Assembly (NCBI GenBank): GCA_044866775.1
Contig: JBIOUG010000136.1
Location: 7,709 to 71,708 of the forward strand
DNA from: Thermoanaerobaculia bacterium
Lineage (GTDB): Bacteria; Acidobacteriota; Thermoanaerobaculia; Multivoradales; UBA5704
Length of the DNA stretch: 64,000 nucleotides
Direction: 5' to 3'
Part shown: positions 26,894-35,223 of the stretch, piece by piece
Layout: each line of letters begins with the position of its first letter
Numbering within the stretch: the first letter of the stretch is position 1
The notes under the pieces: model-generated
Databases searched by the model: none
Told to the model about the DNA's origin: nothing
Seen by the model: only the letters and a program-made list of their open reading frames with translations
Position numbers and translations under genes: made by a program

Positions 26894-27694
26894 TTGCCCG
26901 GCGACTCGCGAGGAGACCTCTTGCCCCTGACCTACGGCGACTATCTCAAGCTCGACGACCTCCTGGAGCTGCAGGTCCCGCAGTCCCCGGGGCCCGAGCA
27001 CGACGAGATGCTGTTCATCGTCATCCACCAGGTCTACGAGCTGTGGTTCAAGCTGGTGCTGCACGAGGTGATCCACCTGCAGCGCGCGCTCGAGGCCGGC
27101 GAGGGGGCGCTGGCGATGGCCGCCTTCAAGCGCATCCTGACGATCTTCAAGACGCTGGTGGCGCAGGTCGACATCCTGGAGACCATGACGCCGGTCTCGT
27201 TCCTCAGCTTCCGCGACCGCCTCGACACGGCGAGCGGCTTCCAGTCGGTGCAGTTCCGGCGCCTCGAGCTGGTGCTCGGCGTGCGCCGGCCCGGGATGCT
27301 CGAGCACTACCCCGAGGCGAGGCCGGTCCTCGAAGAGCACGGGCGCGCCAACAGCCTCTGGGACTCCTTCCTCCTCTACCTCGCCCGCGCTGGGTACGAA
27401 GTGTCGGAATCGGCGCTCGCCCGCGACCGCACGCAACCCCTCGAGGAGGATCCGGAGGTGCAGGAGCTGCTGGTCCGCATCTACCACCAGGACCCCTCGA
27501 CGCGCGAGGTCTGCGAGCGCATGGTGGACCTCGACGAGGGGCTCCAGGAGTGGCGCTACCGCCACGTCAAGATGGTCGAGCGGACGATCGGCACCCGCCG
27601 CGGCACCGGCGGCTCGGCGGGGGCGGAGTACCTGCGGACGACGCTCTTCAAGCCGCTCTTTCCCGACCTCTGGGCGATCCGGCCACGGCTGTGA
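26894..27694 (+). CDS. kynA: tryptophan 2,3-dioxygenase
   Basis: LTYGDYLKLDDLLELQ...HDEMLFIVIHQVYELWFKL...SGFQSVQFR...WRYRHVKMVERTIG. Confidence 0.9.
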   Translation: MPGDSRGDLLPLTYGDYLKLDDLLELQVPQSPGPEHDEMLFIVIHQVYELWFKLVLHEVIHLQRALEAGEGALAMAAFKRILTIFKTLVAQVDILETMTPVSFLSFRDRLDTASGFQSVQFRRLELVLGVRRPGMLEHYPEARPVLEEHGRANSLWDSFLLYLARAGYEVSESALARDRTQPLEEDPEVQELLVRIYHQDPSTREVCERMVDLDEGLQEWRYRHVKMVERTIGTRRGTGGSAGAEYLRTTLFKPLFPDLWAIRPRL

Positions 27695-27718
27695 ATCCCC
27701 CGCAAGGTCATCCTAAGC

Positions 27719-27752
27719 GTAGCGCCCGGGCTACGTCCCGGGCGTTTTCGGA
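27719..27752 (-). repeat. REP-like hairpin repeat (type 1, inverted)
   Basis: GTAGCGCCCGGGCTACGTCCCGGGCGTTTTCGGA is terminator-like (hairpin plus T4) after kynA. Confidence 0.9.
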
Positions 27753-27786
27753 AGACCGCGGCAAAAGATCTGGGTGGCGGGGTTGA

Positions 27787-29028
27787 GTGGCTGCCGTGCG
27801 CCCAGAGACCCTTTACGCCGCTCCCAACGCCCTGGCGGCGCACTATGCGCATTTCCGCGTCGCCGAGCGCCTGCTGCTGACCGGCCACTCCCACCAGGCC
27901 TGGCCCAACCGGGCGCTGGCGGGGCAGCTCCGGGCGTTCGAGGACGCCGCTGAGCTGGTCGATGGGAAGTGGGAACGGGCGTTCGCGATGGCGGCGCGCG
28001 TGCGGCGAGGATTTGCTGGGCTGCTGGGCGAGCCGGAGCGCGAAGGCGCCTACGCGCTCGCGGCAAGCACCCACGATCTCGTCGTGCGCTTCCTCTCGGC
28101 GCTGCCGCTCGGCGAGCGGCCGCGGCTGGTGACGACGGACGGCGAGTTCCACACCTTGAGGCGGCAGCTCGACCGGCTGGCCGAGGAAGGGATCGAGGTC
28201 GTCAAGGTCCAGGTAGGCGAGCACCCCGACGAGCTGGCGCCGCGGCTCGCGCGCGCAGTCGATGAGCGCACCACCGCGGTCTTCGTCTCGGCGGTGCTTT
28301 TCCAGACCGGCTGGATCGTTGAGGGGCTGGCGGAGGTGGCGGCTGCCTGCGCGAGAGTCGGAGCGGAGATCGTGGTCGACGCGTATCACGCCCTGAACGC
28401 CATCCCCTACCCGATCAAATGCCTCGGCCTCGACGGCGCCTACGTCGTGGGCGGCGGCTACAAGTACTGCCAGCTCGGCGAGGGCAACTGCTTCCTGCGC
28501 CTGCCGGAAGGCTGCGCGCTGCGGCCGGTCGTGACCGGCTGGTTCGCGGAGTTCGAGGCGCTGGCGGAGAAGGCCGACGGGCGCGTGGCCTACGCGGAGG
28601 GCGGCGCGCGCTTCGCCGGCGCCACCTACGACCCGACCAGCCACTATCGAGCCGCCGAGGTCTTCGACTTCTTCGCCGAGCACGGGCTCACCCCGGAGCT
28701 GCTGCGCGAGGTGTCGCAGCACCAGGTCGGGCTCCTCGCGCGCCGCTTCGACGCCCTCGACCTTCCGCCGGCGCTGGTGGATCGTGACCGCGAGGTGCCG
28801 CTCGAGCGAATCGGCGGCTTCCTTTCGCTGCGCTCACCGCGAGCCGGAGAGCTGAGCCGCGCCCTCGCCGCGCGCGGCGTCGCCACCGACTTCCGCGACG
28901 ATCGCCTGCGCCTGGGCCCGGCGCCCTACCTATCGGACAGTCAGCTCGAAGCGGCGATGGACCTGCTCGGTCAAGTGGTGCACGAGCTGCACCTCCCCCA
29001 CCCAGATCCTTCGCTTCGCTCAGGATGA
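27787..29028 (+). CDS. kynureninase-like PLP-dependent enzyme (class V aminotransferase fold)
   Basis: LLTGHSHQAWP...AVFVSAVLFQTGWI...VVDAYHALNAIP...GGGYKYCQLGEGNCFL is colinear with KynU motifs but divergent. It is adjacent to kynA. Confidence 0.6.
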   Translation: MAAVRPETLYAAPNALAAHYAHFRVAERLLLTGHSHQAWPNRALAGQLRAFEDAAELVDGKWERAFAMAARVRRGFAGLLGEPEREGAYALAASTHDLVVRFLSALPLGERPRLVTTDGEFHTLRRQLDRLAEEGIEVVKVQVGEHPDELAPRLARAVDERTTAVFVSAVLFQTGWIVEGLAEVAAACARVGAEIVVDAYHALNAIPYPIKCLGLDGAYVVGGGYKYCQLGEGNCFLRLPEGCALRPVVTGWFAEFEALAEKADGRVAYAEGGARFAGATYDPTSHYRAAEVFDFFAEHGLTPELLREVSQHQVGLLARRFDALDLPPALVDRDREVPLERIGGFLSLRSPRAGELSRALAARGVATDFRDDRLRLGPAPYLSDSQLEAAMDLLGQVVHELHLPHPDPSLRSG

Positions 29029-29056
29029 CAGCGAAGAGTTTGGCTCCTACGGCCCG

Positions 29057-30229
29057 CTAGCTCGGATACGGCTTCTTGAGGTAGCCCTTCGCCCGGCTGC
29101 GGACGTCGTCGTCGCCGTCGTACCCGCGCTGCATGGCCAGCACGTCGCGGTAGCAGCGCACCGCGTCCTGGCGCCGGCCGAGGGCGTCGAGCGCCATGCC
29201 GCGGCGCAGGCGGCCGAGCGCCTTGTACTCGCTGAGGATCGGCCGCGCGGCCGTGAGCCGCTCGAGCTGGTCGATGAGCGCCAGCCCCTCGGCGTTGCGC
29301 CGCTGCCGCATCTCCACCCGCGCCAGCAGGTAGAGCGCGCGCTCGGCGATGGCGTCGGTGTAGCCGCTCTGCCCCGTGGCGTGGCGGACCCGCACTTCCT
29401 CCAGGATCCGCCTCGCCTCCGGCAGGCGCCCCAGCCGCTCGTAGATGCGGCCCTCGTAGAGATGGAAGATGGAGTTGCCCGGGTAGCGCGCGCGCAGCCA
29501 GCGGGCGTAGCGCAGGCTCGCCGGGTAGTCCTGCTCGAAGACGTAGTGGAGCTGGAGCAGCGAGTAGGCGGCCTCGGTCGAGACGAACTGCCCCTTCTGC
29601 ATGGCGCGCTCGAGCTCGGCGATGCCGCGCTGCTTGTCGCCGTCCGGGAAGAGCCGCGCGAACGGACGCAGGATGCGGTGCTGCTGCGGCACCACCTCCA
29701 CCAGGTAGTCGAAGAGGCCGAGCCCGAAGTAGAGGTCGTCGTTGTCCGGGTGGCGCTCGACGACCTCCTGGAGGAGCCGCAGGGCCTGCTGGCCGTCGCG
29801 CGCCGCCCGGAGATAGCGCCGGCGGTCGGCGTGGAGCCGCCCGCGGAGGGCGTGCGCGCCGGACTTGAAGAACATCGCGTCGAGGTCTCCGGGATCGCGC
29901 CGGAGCCGGCGCTCGCACATCTCGATCACCCGCTCCATGGCGTCGAGGACCAGCGGGTCCTGCGCCGGGTCGTCCGGCTCGAGCTGCACGCCCCACCAGG
30001 GGAGCAGGGCCTGGAGATACGGGCCGACCGGATGGTCGGGATAGCGCGCCGCGAGCTCGCCGAAGACGTCGGCGGCGGCGCCGAGGTCCATGCCGTACAT
30101 GTACTCGAGCCCGAGCCGCGCCTGGTCACGGAAGAGCGGGTCCTCGAGGATGGACGGGGTCTCGGCCGCGGCCGCGGCAGGCGCGAGCAGGACGAGCAGG
30201 AGCCCGGCGAGAGTCGAGAGGCGGCTCAT
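29057..30229 (-). CDS. secreted TPR-repeat protein
   Basis: I trimmed the start to the ATG at 30229 (MSRLSTLAGLLLVLLAPAAAAA). Helical-repeat composition. The remainder of track ORF 29057..32233 is antisense junk over the CoA ligase. Confidence 0.7.
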   Translation of the reverse strand: MSRLSTLAGLLLVLLAPAAAAAETPSILEDPLFRDQARLGLEYMYGMDLGAAADVFGELAARYPDHPVGPYLQALLPWWGVQLEPDDPAQDPLVLDAMERVIEMCERRLRRDPGDLDAMFFKSGAHALRGRLHADRRRYLRAARDGQQALRLLQEVVERHPDNDDLYFGLGLFDYLVEVVPQQHRILRPFARLFPDGDKQRGIAELERAMQKGQFVSTEAAYSLLQLHYVFEQDYPASLRYARWLRARYPGNSIFHLYEGRIYERLGRLPEARRILEEVRVRHATGQSGYTDAIAERALYLLARVEMRQRRNAEGLALIDQLERLTAARPILSEYKALGRLRRGMALDALGRRQDAVRCYRDVLAMQRGYDGDDDVRSRAKGYLKKPYPS

Positions 30230-30313
30230 AGCCGGAGAAACACTACCTGAGCCCGGGAGGCTTCCCGCTGCCGCCGTTGACCCGCGCGCGCCGCGCCGGA
30301 TAGCTTCTCCGGC

Positions 30314-31852
30314 GTGACCTTCGACCCTCCCGAGCAGCTCAACCTCGCCGACTGGCTGCTCGACGCGCGAGTGCGCGAGGGGCGGGGGGAGCGGGTGGCG
30401 CTGCGGCTGGACGACCGCACGCTCACCTACCGCGAGGTGCAGGCGCTCGCCAACCGCTTCGGGCGCGTGCTCGAGCGGCTCGGGGTGCTGCCCGAGCAGC
30501 GGGTCTTGATCGCGCTGCCGGACGGGCCCGAGTTCGTGGCGGCGCTCTTCGGGACGCTCAAGCTCGGGGCGGTGGTGGTGATGGTCAACTCGCAGCTCCC
30601 GGCGGCCGACCTGGTGCGCCTCGTCGACTACACGCGGGCGCGGCTGGCGGTGGTGGGCGCCGAGGCGCTCCCGGGGTTCCTCGAGGCCGCGGGCTCGCTC
30701 GAGCGGCCGCCGGCGCTCCTCACGGTGGGTGCGGCCGCCTCCGGCGCCGCCGCCTGGGAGGACGAGCGCGAGCGGGCCGGCGACGACCTGCCCGCCTTCC
30801 CCACGCACCGCGACGACGCCGCGATCTGGCTCTTCTCCGGCGGCACGACCGGCCGCCCGAAGGCGGTCGTCCAGACCCATCTCTCGTTCGCCAACACCAC
30901 CGCCTGCTACGCCCGGGCCTGCCTCGGCTACGGCGAGGACGACGTCACCCTCTCGGTCCCCAAGCTCTTCTTCGGCTACGCCACCGGCTCGAACCTCTTC
31001 TTCCCCTTCTCGGCCGGCGCGAGCGCGGTGCTCTTCCCCGAGCGGGTGACCGCCGAGGTGCTGTTCGAGAAGATCCACCGCCACCGGCCGACGATCCTGA
31101 TCAACGTGCCGACGATGGTCCACCACATGGTGGCCCACCCCGGGGCGGCGCGGCAGGACCTCTCGAGCCTGCGCTTCGCCACCTCGGCCGGCGAGGCGCT
31201 GCCGGCCTCGCTCTACGAGCGCTGGCGGGAGACGTTCGGCGTCGAGCTGCTGGACGGCCTGGGCACGGCCGAGATGTGGCACATCTTCCTCTCGAACCGC
31301 CCGGGCGACGTGCGGCCGGGGACGCTCGGCAAGCCGGTGCCCGGGTTCGAGGTGCGCGTCTGCGACGAGGAGGGCCGGGAGCTCCCCGCGGGCGAGGTGG
31401 GCCGCCTCTGGGTGCGCGGCCGCTCGCGGGCGATCGGCTACTGGCAGGAGAGCGAGAAGACCGCCGCCACCTTCCGCGGCGAGTGGGTGGTGACCGGCGA
31501 CCTCCTGTCGCGCGACGCCGACGGTTACTTCACCTACCGCGGCCGCTCCGATGACGCGCTCAAGGTCGCCGGCCGCTGGTTCAACCCCGGCGAGGTCGAG
31601 AGCTGCCTCGTTCGCCACCCCGCGGTCGCCGAGTGCGCGGTCGTCGGCGTGGTCAACGCCGACGGCCTCACCAAGCCCCGCGCCTACGTGGTGGCCAAGG
31701 AAGCGGCGAGCGACGGCCTCGCCGAGGCGCTCAAGGCGCTCTGCCTGCAAGAGCTCGAGCCCTACAAGCACCCGCGCGAGATCGTCTTCGTCGACGCCCT
31801 GCCGCGGACGCACCTGGGGAAGGTCGACCGCGGCAAGCTGCGGGCCGGCTAG
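30314..31852 (+). CDS. aryl-CoA ligase (benzoate-CoA ligase / 2-aminobenzoate-CoA ligase family, AMP-forming)
   Basis: GTG start. LFSGGTTGRPKAV (AMP-binding P-loop), FFGYATGSNLFFPF, WVVTGDL, YKHPREIVFVDALPRTHLGKVDR. Confidence 0.85.
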   Translation: MTFDPPEQLNLADWLLDARVREGRGERVALRLDDRTLTYREVQALANRFGRVLERLGVLPEQRVLIALPDGPEFVAALFGTLKLGAVVVMVNSQLPAADLVRLVDYTRARLAVVGAEALPGFLEAAGSLERPPALLTVGAAASGAAAWEDERERAGDDLPAFPTHRDDAAIWLFSGGTTGRPKAVVQTHLSFANTTACYARACLGYGEDDVTLSVPKLFFGYATGSNLFFPFSAGASAVLFPERVTAEVLFEKIHRHRPTILINVPTMVHHMVAHPGAARQDLSSLRFATSAGEALPASLYERWRETFGVELLDGLGTAEMWHIFLSNRPGDVRPGTLGKPVPGFEVRVCDEEGRELPAGEVGRLWVRGRSRAIGYWQESEKTAATFRGEWVVTGDLLSRDADGYFTYRGRSDDALKVAGRWFNPGEVESCLVRHPAVAECAVVGVVNADGLTKPRAYVVAKEAASDGLAEALKALCLQELEPYKHPREIVFVDALPRTHLGKVDRGKLRAG

Positions 31853-31948
31853 AAGGGGACAACTCAGCGATTCGGCTGCGCTATCCTTCCGCGGACCCAG
31901 AGCGGGCATCGAGGGACGCTGTTCTCGCTCGGGACCGTTGGAGGAGGA

Positions 31949-32344
31949 ATGGCCGGCAACCGGGTGGTCGCACACTACCGTGATGGGCAGCTCCTCAAGG
32001 GAACGACCGTCGACTTCCTGACGGCGCGCGAGGTCTTCCACATCGCGCCGGAAGGCGGAGGGCCGCCGGTCGCCGTGCGCCACGGCGAGCTCAAGGCCCT
32101 CTTCTTCGTTCGCGACCTGACCGGCAACCCCGCCCTCCGCGACCGCAACGACTTCGAGCCCGACAAGCCGGTGATCGGCCGCAAGATCCGCGTCGTCTTC
32201 GAGGACGGCGAGGTGATGATCGGCACCACGCACGGCTACCAGGCGGAGCGCCCGGGGTTCTTCGTGGTTCCCGCCAACTCGCAGTCCAACAACCAGCGCT
32301 GCTTCGTCATCGCCGCCTCGACCCGCGCCGTCGAGCTGCTCTGA
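31949..32344 (+). CDS. hypothetical protein with an internal duplicated DG-x4-GTT module
   Basis: RVVAHYRDGQLLKGTTVDF...FHIAP is repeated as RVVFEDGEVMIGTTHGY...FFVVP. Protein-like composition. Confidence 0.6.
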   Translation: MAGNRVVAHYRDGQLLKGTTVDFLTAREVFHIAPEGGGPPVAVRHGELKALFFVRDLTGNPALRDRNDFEPDKPVIGRKIRVVFEDGEVMIGTTHGYQAERPGFFVVPANSQSNNQRCFVIAASTRAVELL

Positions 32345-32447
32345 CTGCCGCGTGCTATCCTCGCCGCGGTAACACTCCCGTCACCCGACAGCACAGCCCC
32401 GGGGAGCGCCACGACACCTCCCCGGACCGACCGAGAGGAGGCTCGCC

Positions 32448-35207
32448 ATGCGTCCCAGGTTCCTCATCCCCTCCCTCATCGCCCTGCTCCTCGCCGGCGC
32501 GCCGGCGCTGGCGCAGGAGACCGGCTCCATTTCCGGCACGGTCAAGGCCGACGACGGCTCGGCGCTGCCGGGGGCGACCGTCTCCGTGCGCGGCGACCTG
32601 CTGCCCGCCGGACGCACCAGCGCCACCGACGACGGCGGCGCCTTCAGCTTCCAGCGCCTGATCCCCGGGGTCTATCAGGTCTCGGCCGAGCTCTCCGGCC
32701 TCGGCTCGGTGAGCCGCGAGGTCGTGGTCGCCCTCGACAGGGACACGCAGGTCGAGCTGACGCTCAACCCGGCGATCACCGAGGAGATCTCGGTGACCGC
32801 GGCGGTGCCGGTCGTCGACGTCAAATCGACCGAGGTGCAGTCCAACTTCCGCCATGAGCAGATCGAGGACCTGCCGATCCCGCGCACCTACAAGGGCCTC
32901 TTCCAACTCGCGCCGGGGGTCACCGAGAACAATCGCCTGTCGCCGACCGCCGGCGGCTCGCGCATGGACAACACCTACCTGCTCGACGGCATCAACATCA
33001 CCAATCCGCACTACGGCGACATCCTGCCCAACGTCACCGAGCTCGACATCGACGAGGTCAGCATCACGCGCGGCGGCGTCACCGCCGAGTTCGGGCGCAC
33101 CGGCGGCATGGTGGTCAACGCCATCACCAAGTCGGGCACCAACCAGCTCAAGGGCGAAGCGCGGGTCGAGGTCCAGCCGGCCGACTGGGTGTCCGACAGC
33201 GAGCTCGCAAACCTGCAGAACACGACCGACCGCGAGGCCTTCGGCATCGGCCTGGGCGGACCCTTCCTGCGCGACCGCCTCTGGTGGTACGGCTCCTACA
33301 GCCAGCCCACCCTGACCGAGACCGACCGCTTCAACCGCCTGGGCTCCGTCCCCGACCGCGAGCTGACGACTGATGAGCTCTTCGGCAAGGTGAGCGCCAG
33401 CCCGGCGCAGAACCACACCGTCGTCGCCTCCTACCGCGCCCGCGACACGACGAACGAGAACGCCGGCATCGGCCAGACCAGCCACCCCTCCGCCGGCAGC
33501 AACGATTCGACCGACTACGTGCTGGCCACCGCCGGCTGGACCTGGCTCACCACCCCGGACAGCTTCCTCGAGGTGAAGCTCAACCACAACAAGGAGGAGA
33601 ACTCGACCGACCCGCTGACCAACCTGGGCTATCGGCCGACGTTCAACGCTGCGCGTCCGGACCTCGTGGGCCGCTTCACCACCACCGCCGACCGCATCAT
33701 CGGCGGCGCCACCGCGGCCGGTCAGATCGTCGGCGGCGCCGACCTGGCGATCAACAACCAGGACTTCACGCGCGACGAGGTCAAGGCCAGCTTCCAGACC
33801 TTCCAGGAGTGGTTCGGCCGCTCGCACGACCTGCGCTTCGGCGTCACCTACAGCGAGGACGAAGAGCGCCTCGAGCGGCGCGGCAACGGCTGGGGGACGA
33901 TCACCTGGAGCCCCAGCAACCGGCGCTTCACCGCCACCTACGTCTCCACGCAGCCGCCGCACACCGGGCGGGGCGAGGGGTACGGCGTCTTCCTCCAGGA
34001 CCAGATGACGATCGGCGACCGCACGACGCTGACCGCGGGGCTCCTGGTCAGCCACGACGACTACTTCGGCGAGGCGAACGGAGCGACCGCCGGCACCAAG
34101 GTGAAGAAGAAGATCCTCAGCTTCGACTGGGACCAGCAGATCCAGCCGCGGCTGGGGGTCGCCTACGTGCCGCGGCCGCAGGTCGGGGACAAGGTCTTCT
34201 TCAACGTCGGCCGCTACTACAACACCGACAACAAGTCGCTGGTGCGCGCCGCCTCGCCGACCCGCATCTTCACCACCCGCGCCACCTTCGACGACGCCGG
34301 CAACCTCCTCAGCGAGGTTCCCGCCGCCAACACCCAGACCAAGACAGTGGACCCCGGTCTCGACCCGCAGTACACCGACGAGCTGGTGCTCGGCTACGCC
34401 ACGCCGTTCGGCGCAGCGTGGTCGCTGGAGCTGTGGGGGATGTACCGCGAGGTCGGCGACATCATGGAGGACATCTCGCGCGACGGCCTGGGCAACGGAC
34501 CCTTCCGCGTCGCCCAGCTCGACGACGCCTACCGCGAGTACCAGGCGGTCACCGTGCAGCTCAGCAACGCGCCGCGCGAGCGCTGGATGGGCCTGGCGCT
34601 CAACGCCAGCTACACCTGGAGCGAGCTCAAGGGCAACTGGGACATCGACTTCAGCCCCAACGACTCGCCGTTCTACAACTCGTCCTTCATCCACGACGGC
34701 CCGGGCGTGCTGATCACCGACAACCGCGACGGCCTGCTGCGCGGCGACCGCACGCACGTCGCGAAGATCTTCGCCACCATCCGTCCGGCGCCGGCGCTGC
34801 CCGACCTCAAGATCGGCAGCTACGTGCGCTACCAGAGCGGCGGCGCCTGGGAGGCGCGCGGTGTCCCGGACGCGAACGTCTCCTCGAGCTCGCACTTCCG
34901 CTACCTCGAGCCGGCCGGCTCGCGGCGGATGGAGGACTGGCTGAACGTGAACCTGCTGACCTCCTACGCCTTCGACCTCGGGCCGGTGGAGCTGGAGATC
35001 GAGGGGGCGGTGACCAACGTCTTCGACGAGCAGGTCGAGCTGGCAGTGGACGACCGGCTGATCCTCGGGCGGGCCATCGACAATTTCGACCCTCCCTTCC
35101 CCTCGGTCCCTCCGCCCGTCGCCGCCGGCGGCAACCCCGACTTCGGCAAGCCGACCGACCTTTCGCAGCCGCGGGCGATCGTCCTGACCGCGATCGCGCG
35201 CTACTAG
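32448..35207 (+). CDS. TonB-dependent receptor with N-terminal carboxypeptidase-regulatory-like domain
   Basis: SD GAGAGGAGG. Signal peptide. GSISGTVKADDGSALPGATVSV (CarboxypepD_reg), a plug region, and a beta-barrel ending ...LTAIARY (aromatic terminus). Confidence 0.85.
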   Translation: MRPRFLIPSLIALLLAGAPALAQETGSISGTVKADDGSALPGATVSVRGDLLPAGRTSATDDGGAFSFQRLIPGVYQVSAELSGLGSVSREVVVALDRDTQVELTLNPAITEEISVTAAVPVVDVKSTEVQSNFRHEQIEDLPIPRTYKGLFQLAPGVTENNRLSPTAGGSRMDNTYLLDGINITNPHYGDILPNVTELDIDEVSITRGGVTAEFGRTGGMVVNAITKSGTNQLKGEARVEVQPADWVSDSELANLQNTTDREAFGIGLGGPFLRDRLWWYGSYSQPTLTETDRFNRLGSVPDRELTTDELFGKVSASPAQNHTVVASYRARDTTNENAGIGQTSHPSAGSNDSTDYVLATAGWTWLTTPDSFLEVKLNHNKEENSTDPLTNLGYRPTFNAARPDLVGRFTTTADRIIGGATAAGQIVGGADLAINNQDFTRDEVKASFQTFQEWFGRSHDLRFGVTYSEDEERLERRGNGWGTITWSPSNRRFTATYVSTQPPHTGRGEGYGVFLQDQMTIGDRTTLTAGLLVSHDDYFGEANGATAGTKVKKKILSFDWDQQIQPRLGVAYVPRPQVGDKVFFNVGRYYNTDNKSLVRAASPTRIFTTRATFDDAGNLLSEVPAANTQTKTVDPGLDPQYTDELVLGYATPFGAAWSLELWGMYREVGDIMEDISRDGLGNGPFRVAQLDDAYREYQAVTVQLSNAPRERWMGLALNASYTWSELKGNWDIDFSPNDSPFYNSSFIHDGPGVLITDNRDGLLRGDRTHVAKIFATIRPAPALPDLKIGSYVRYQSGGAWEARGVPDANVSSSSHFRYLEPAGSRRMEDWLNVNLLTSYAFDLGPVELEIEGAVTNVFDEQVELAVDDRLILGRAIDNFDPPFPSVPPPVAAGGNPDFGKPTDLSQPRAIVLTAIARY

Positions 35208-35223
35208 CGGCACCGGCGCGGAG

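Noticed and set aside
3745-27752. The recurrent peptide motifs [11 protein letters not shown] / [11 protein letters not shown] / RKRPARRPGAT seen in many track ORFs, which might suggest a conserved protein domain.
   Set aside because: They are translations of the 34-nt REP-like DNA repeat in different frames and strands. All are intergenic or at spurious ORF extensions.
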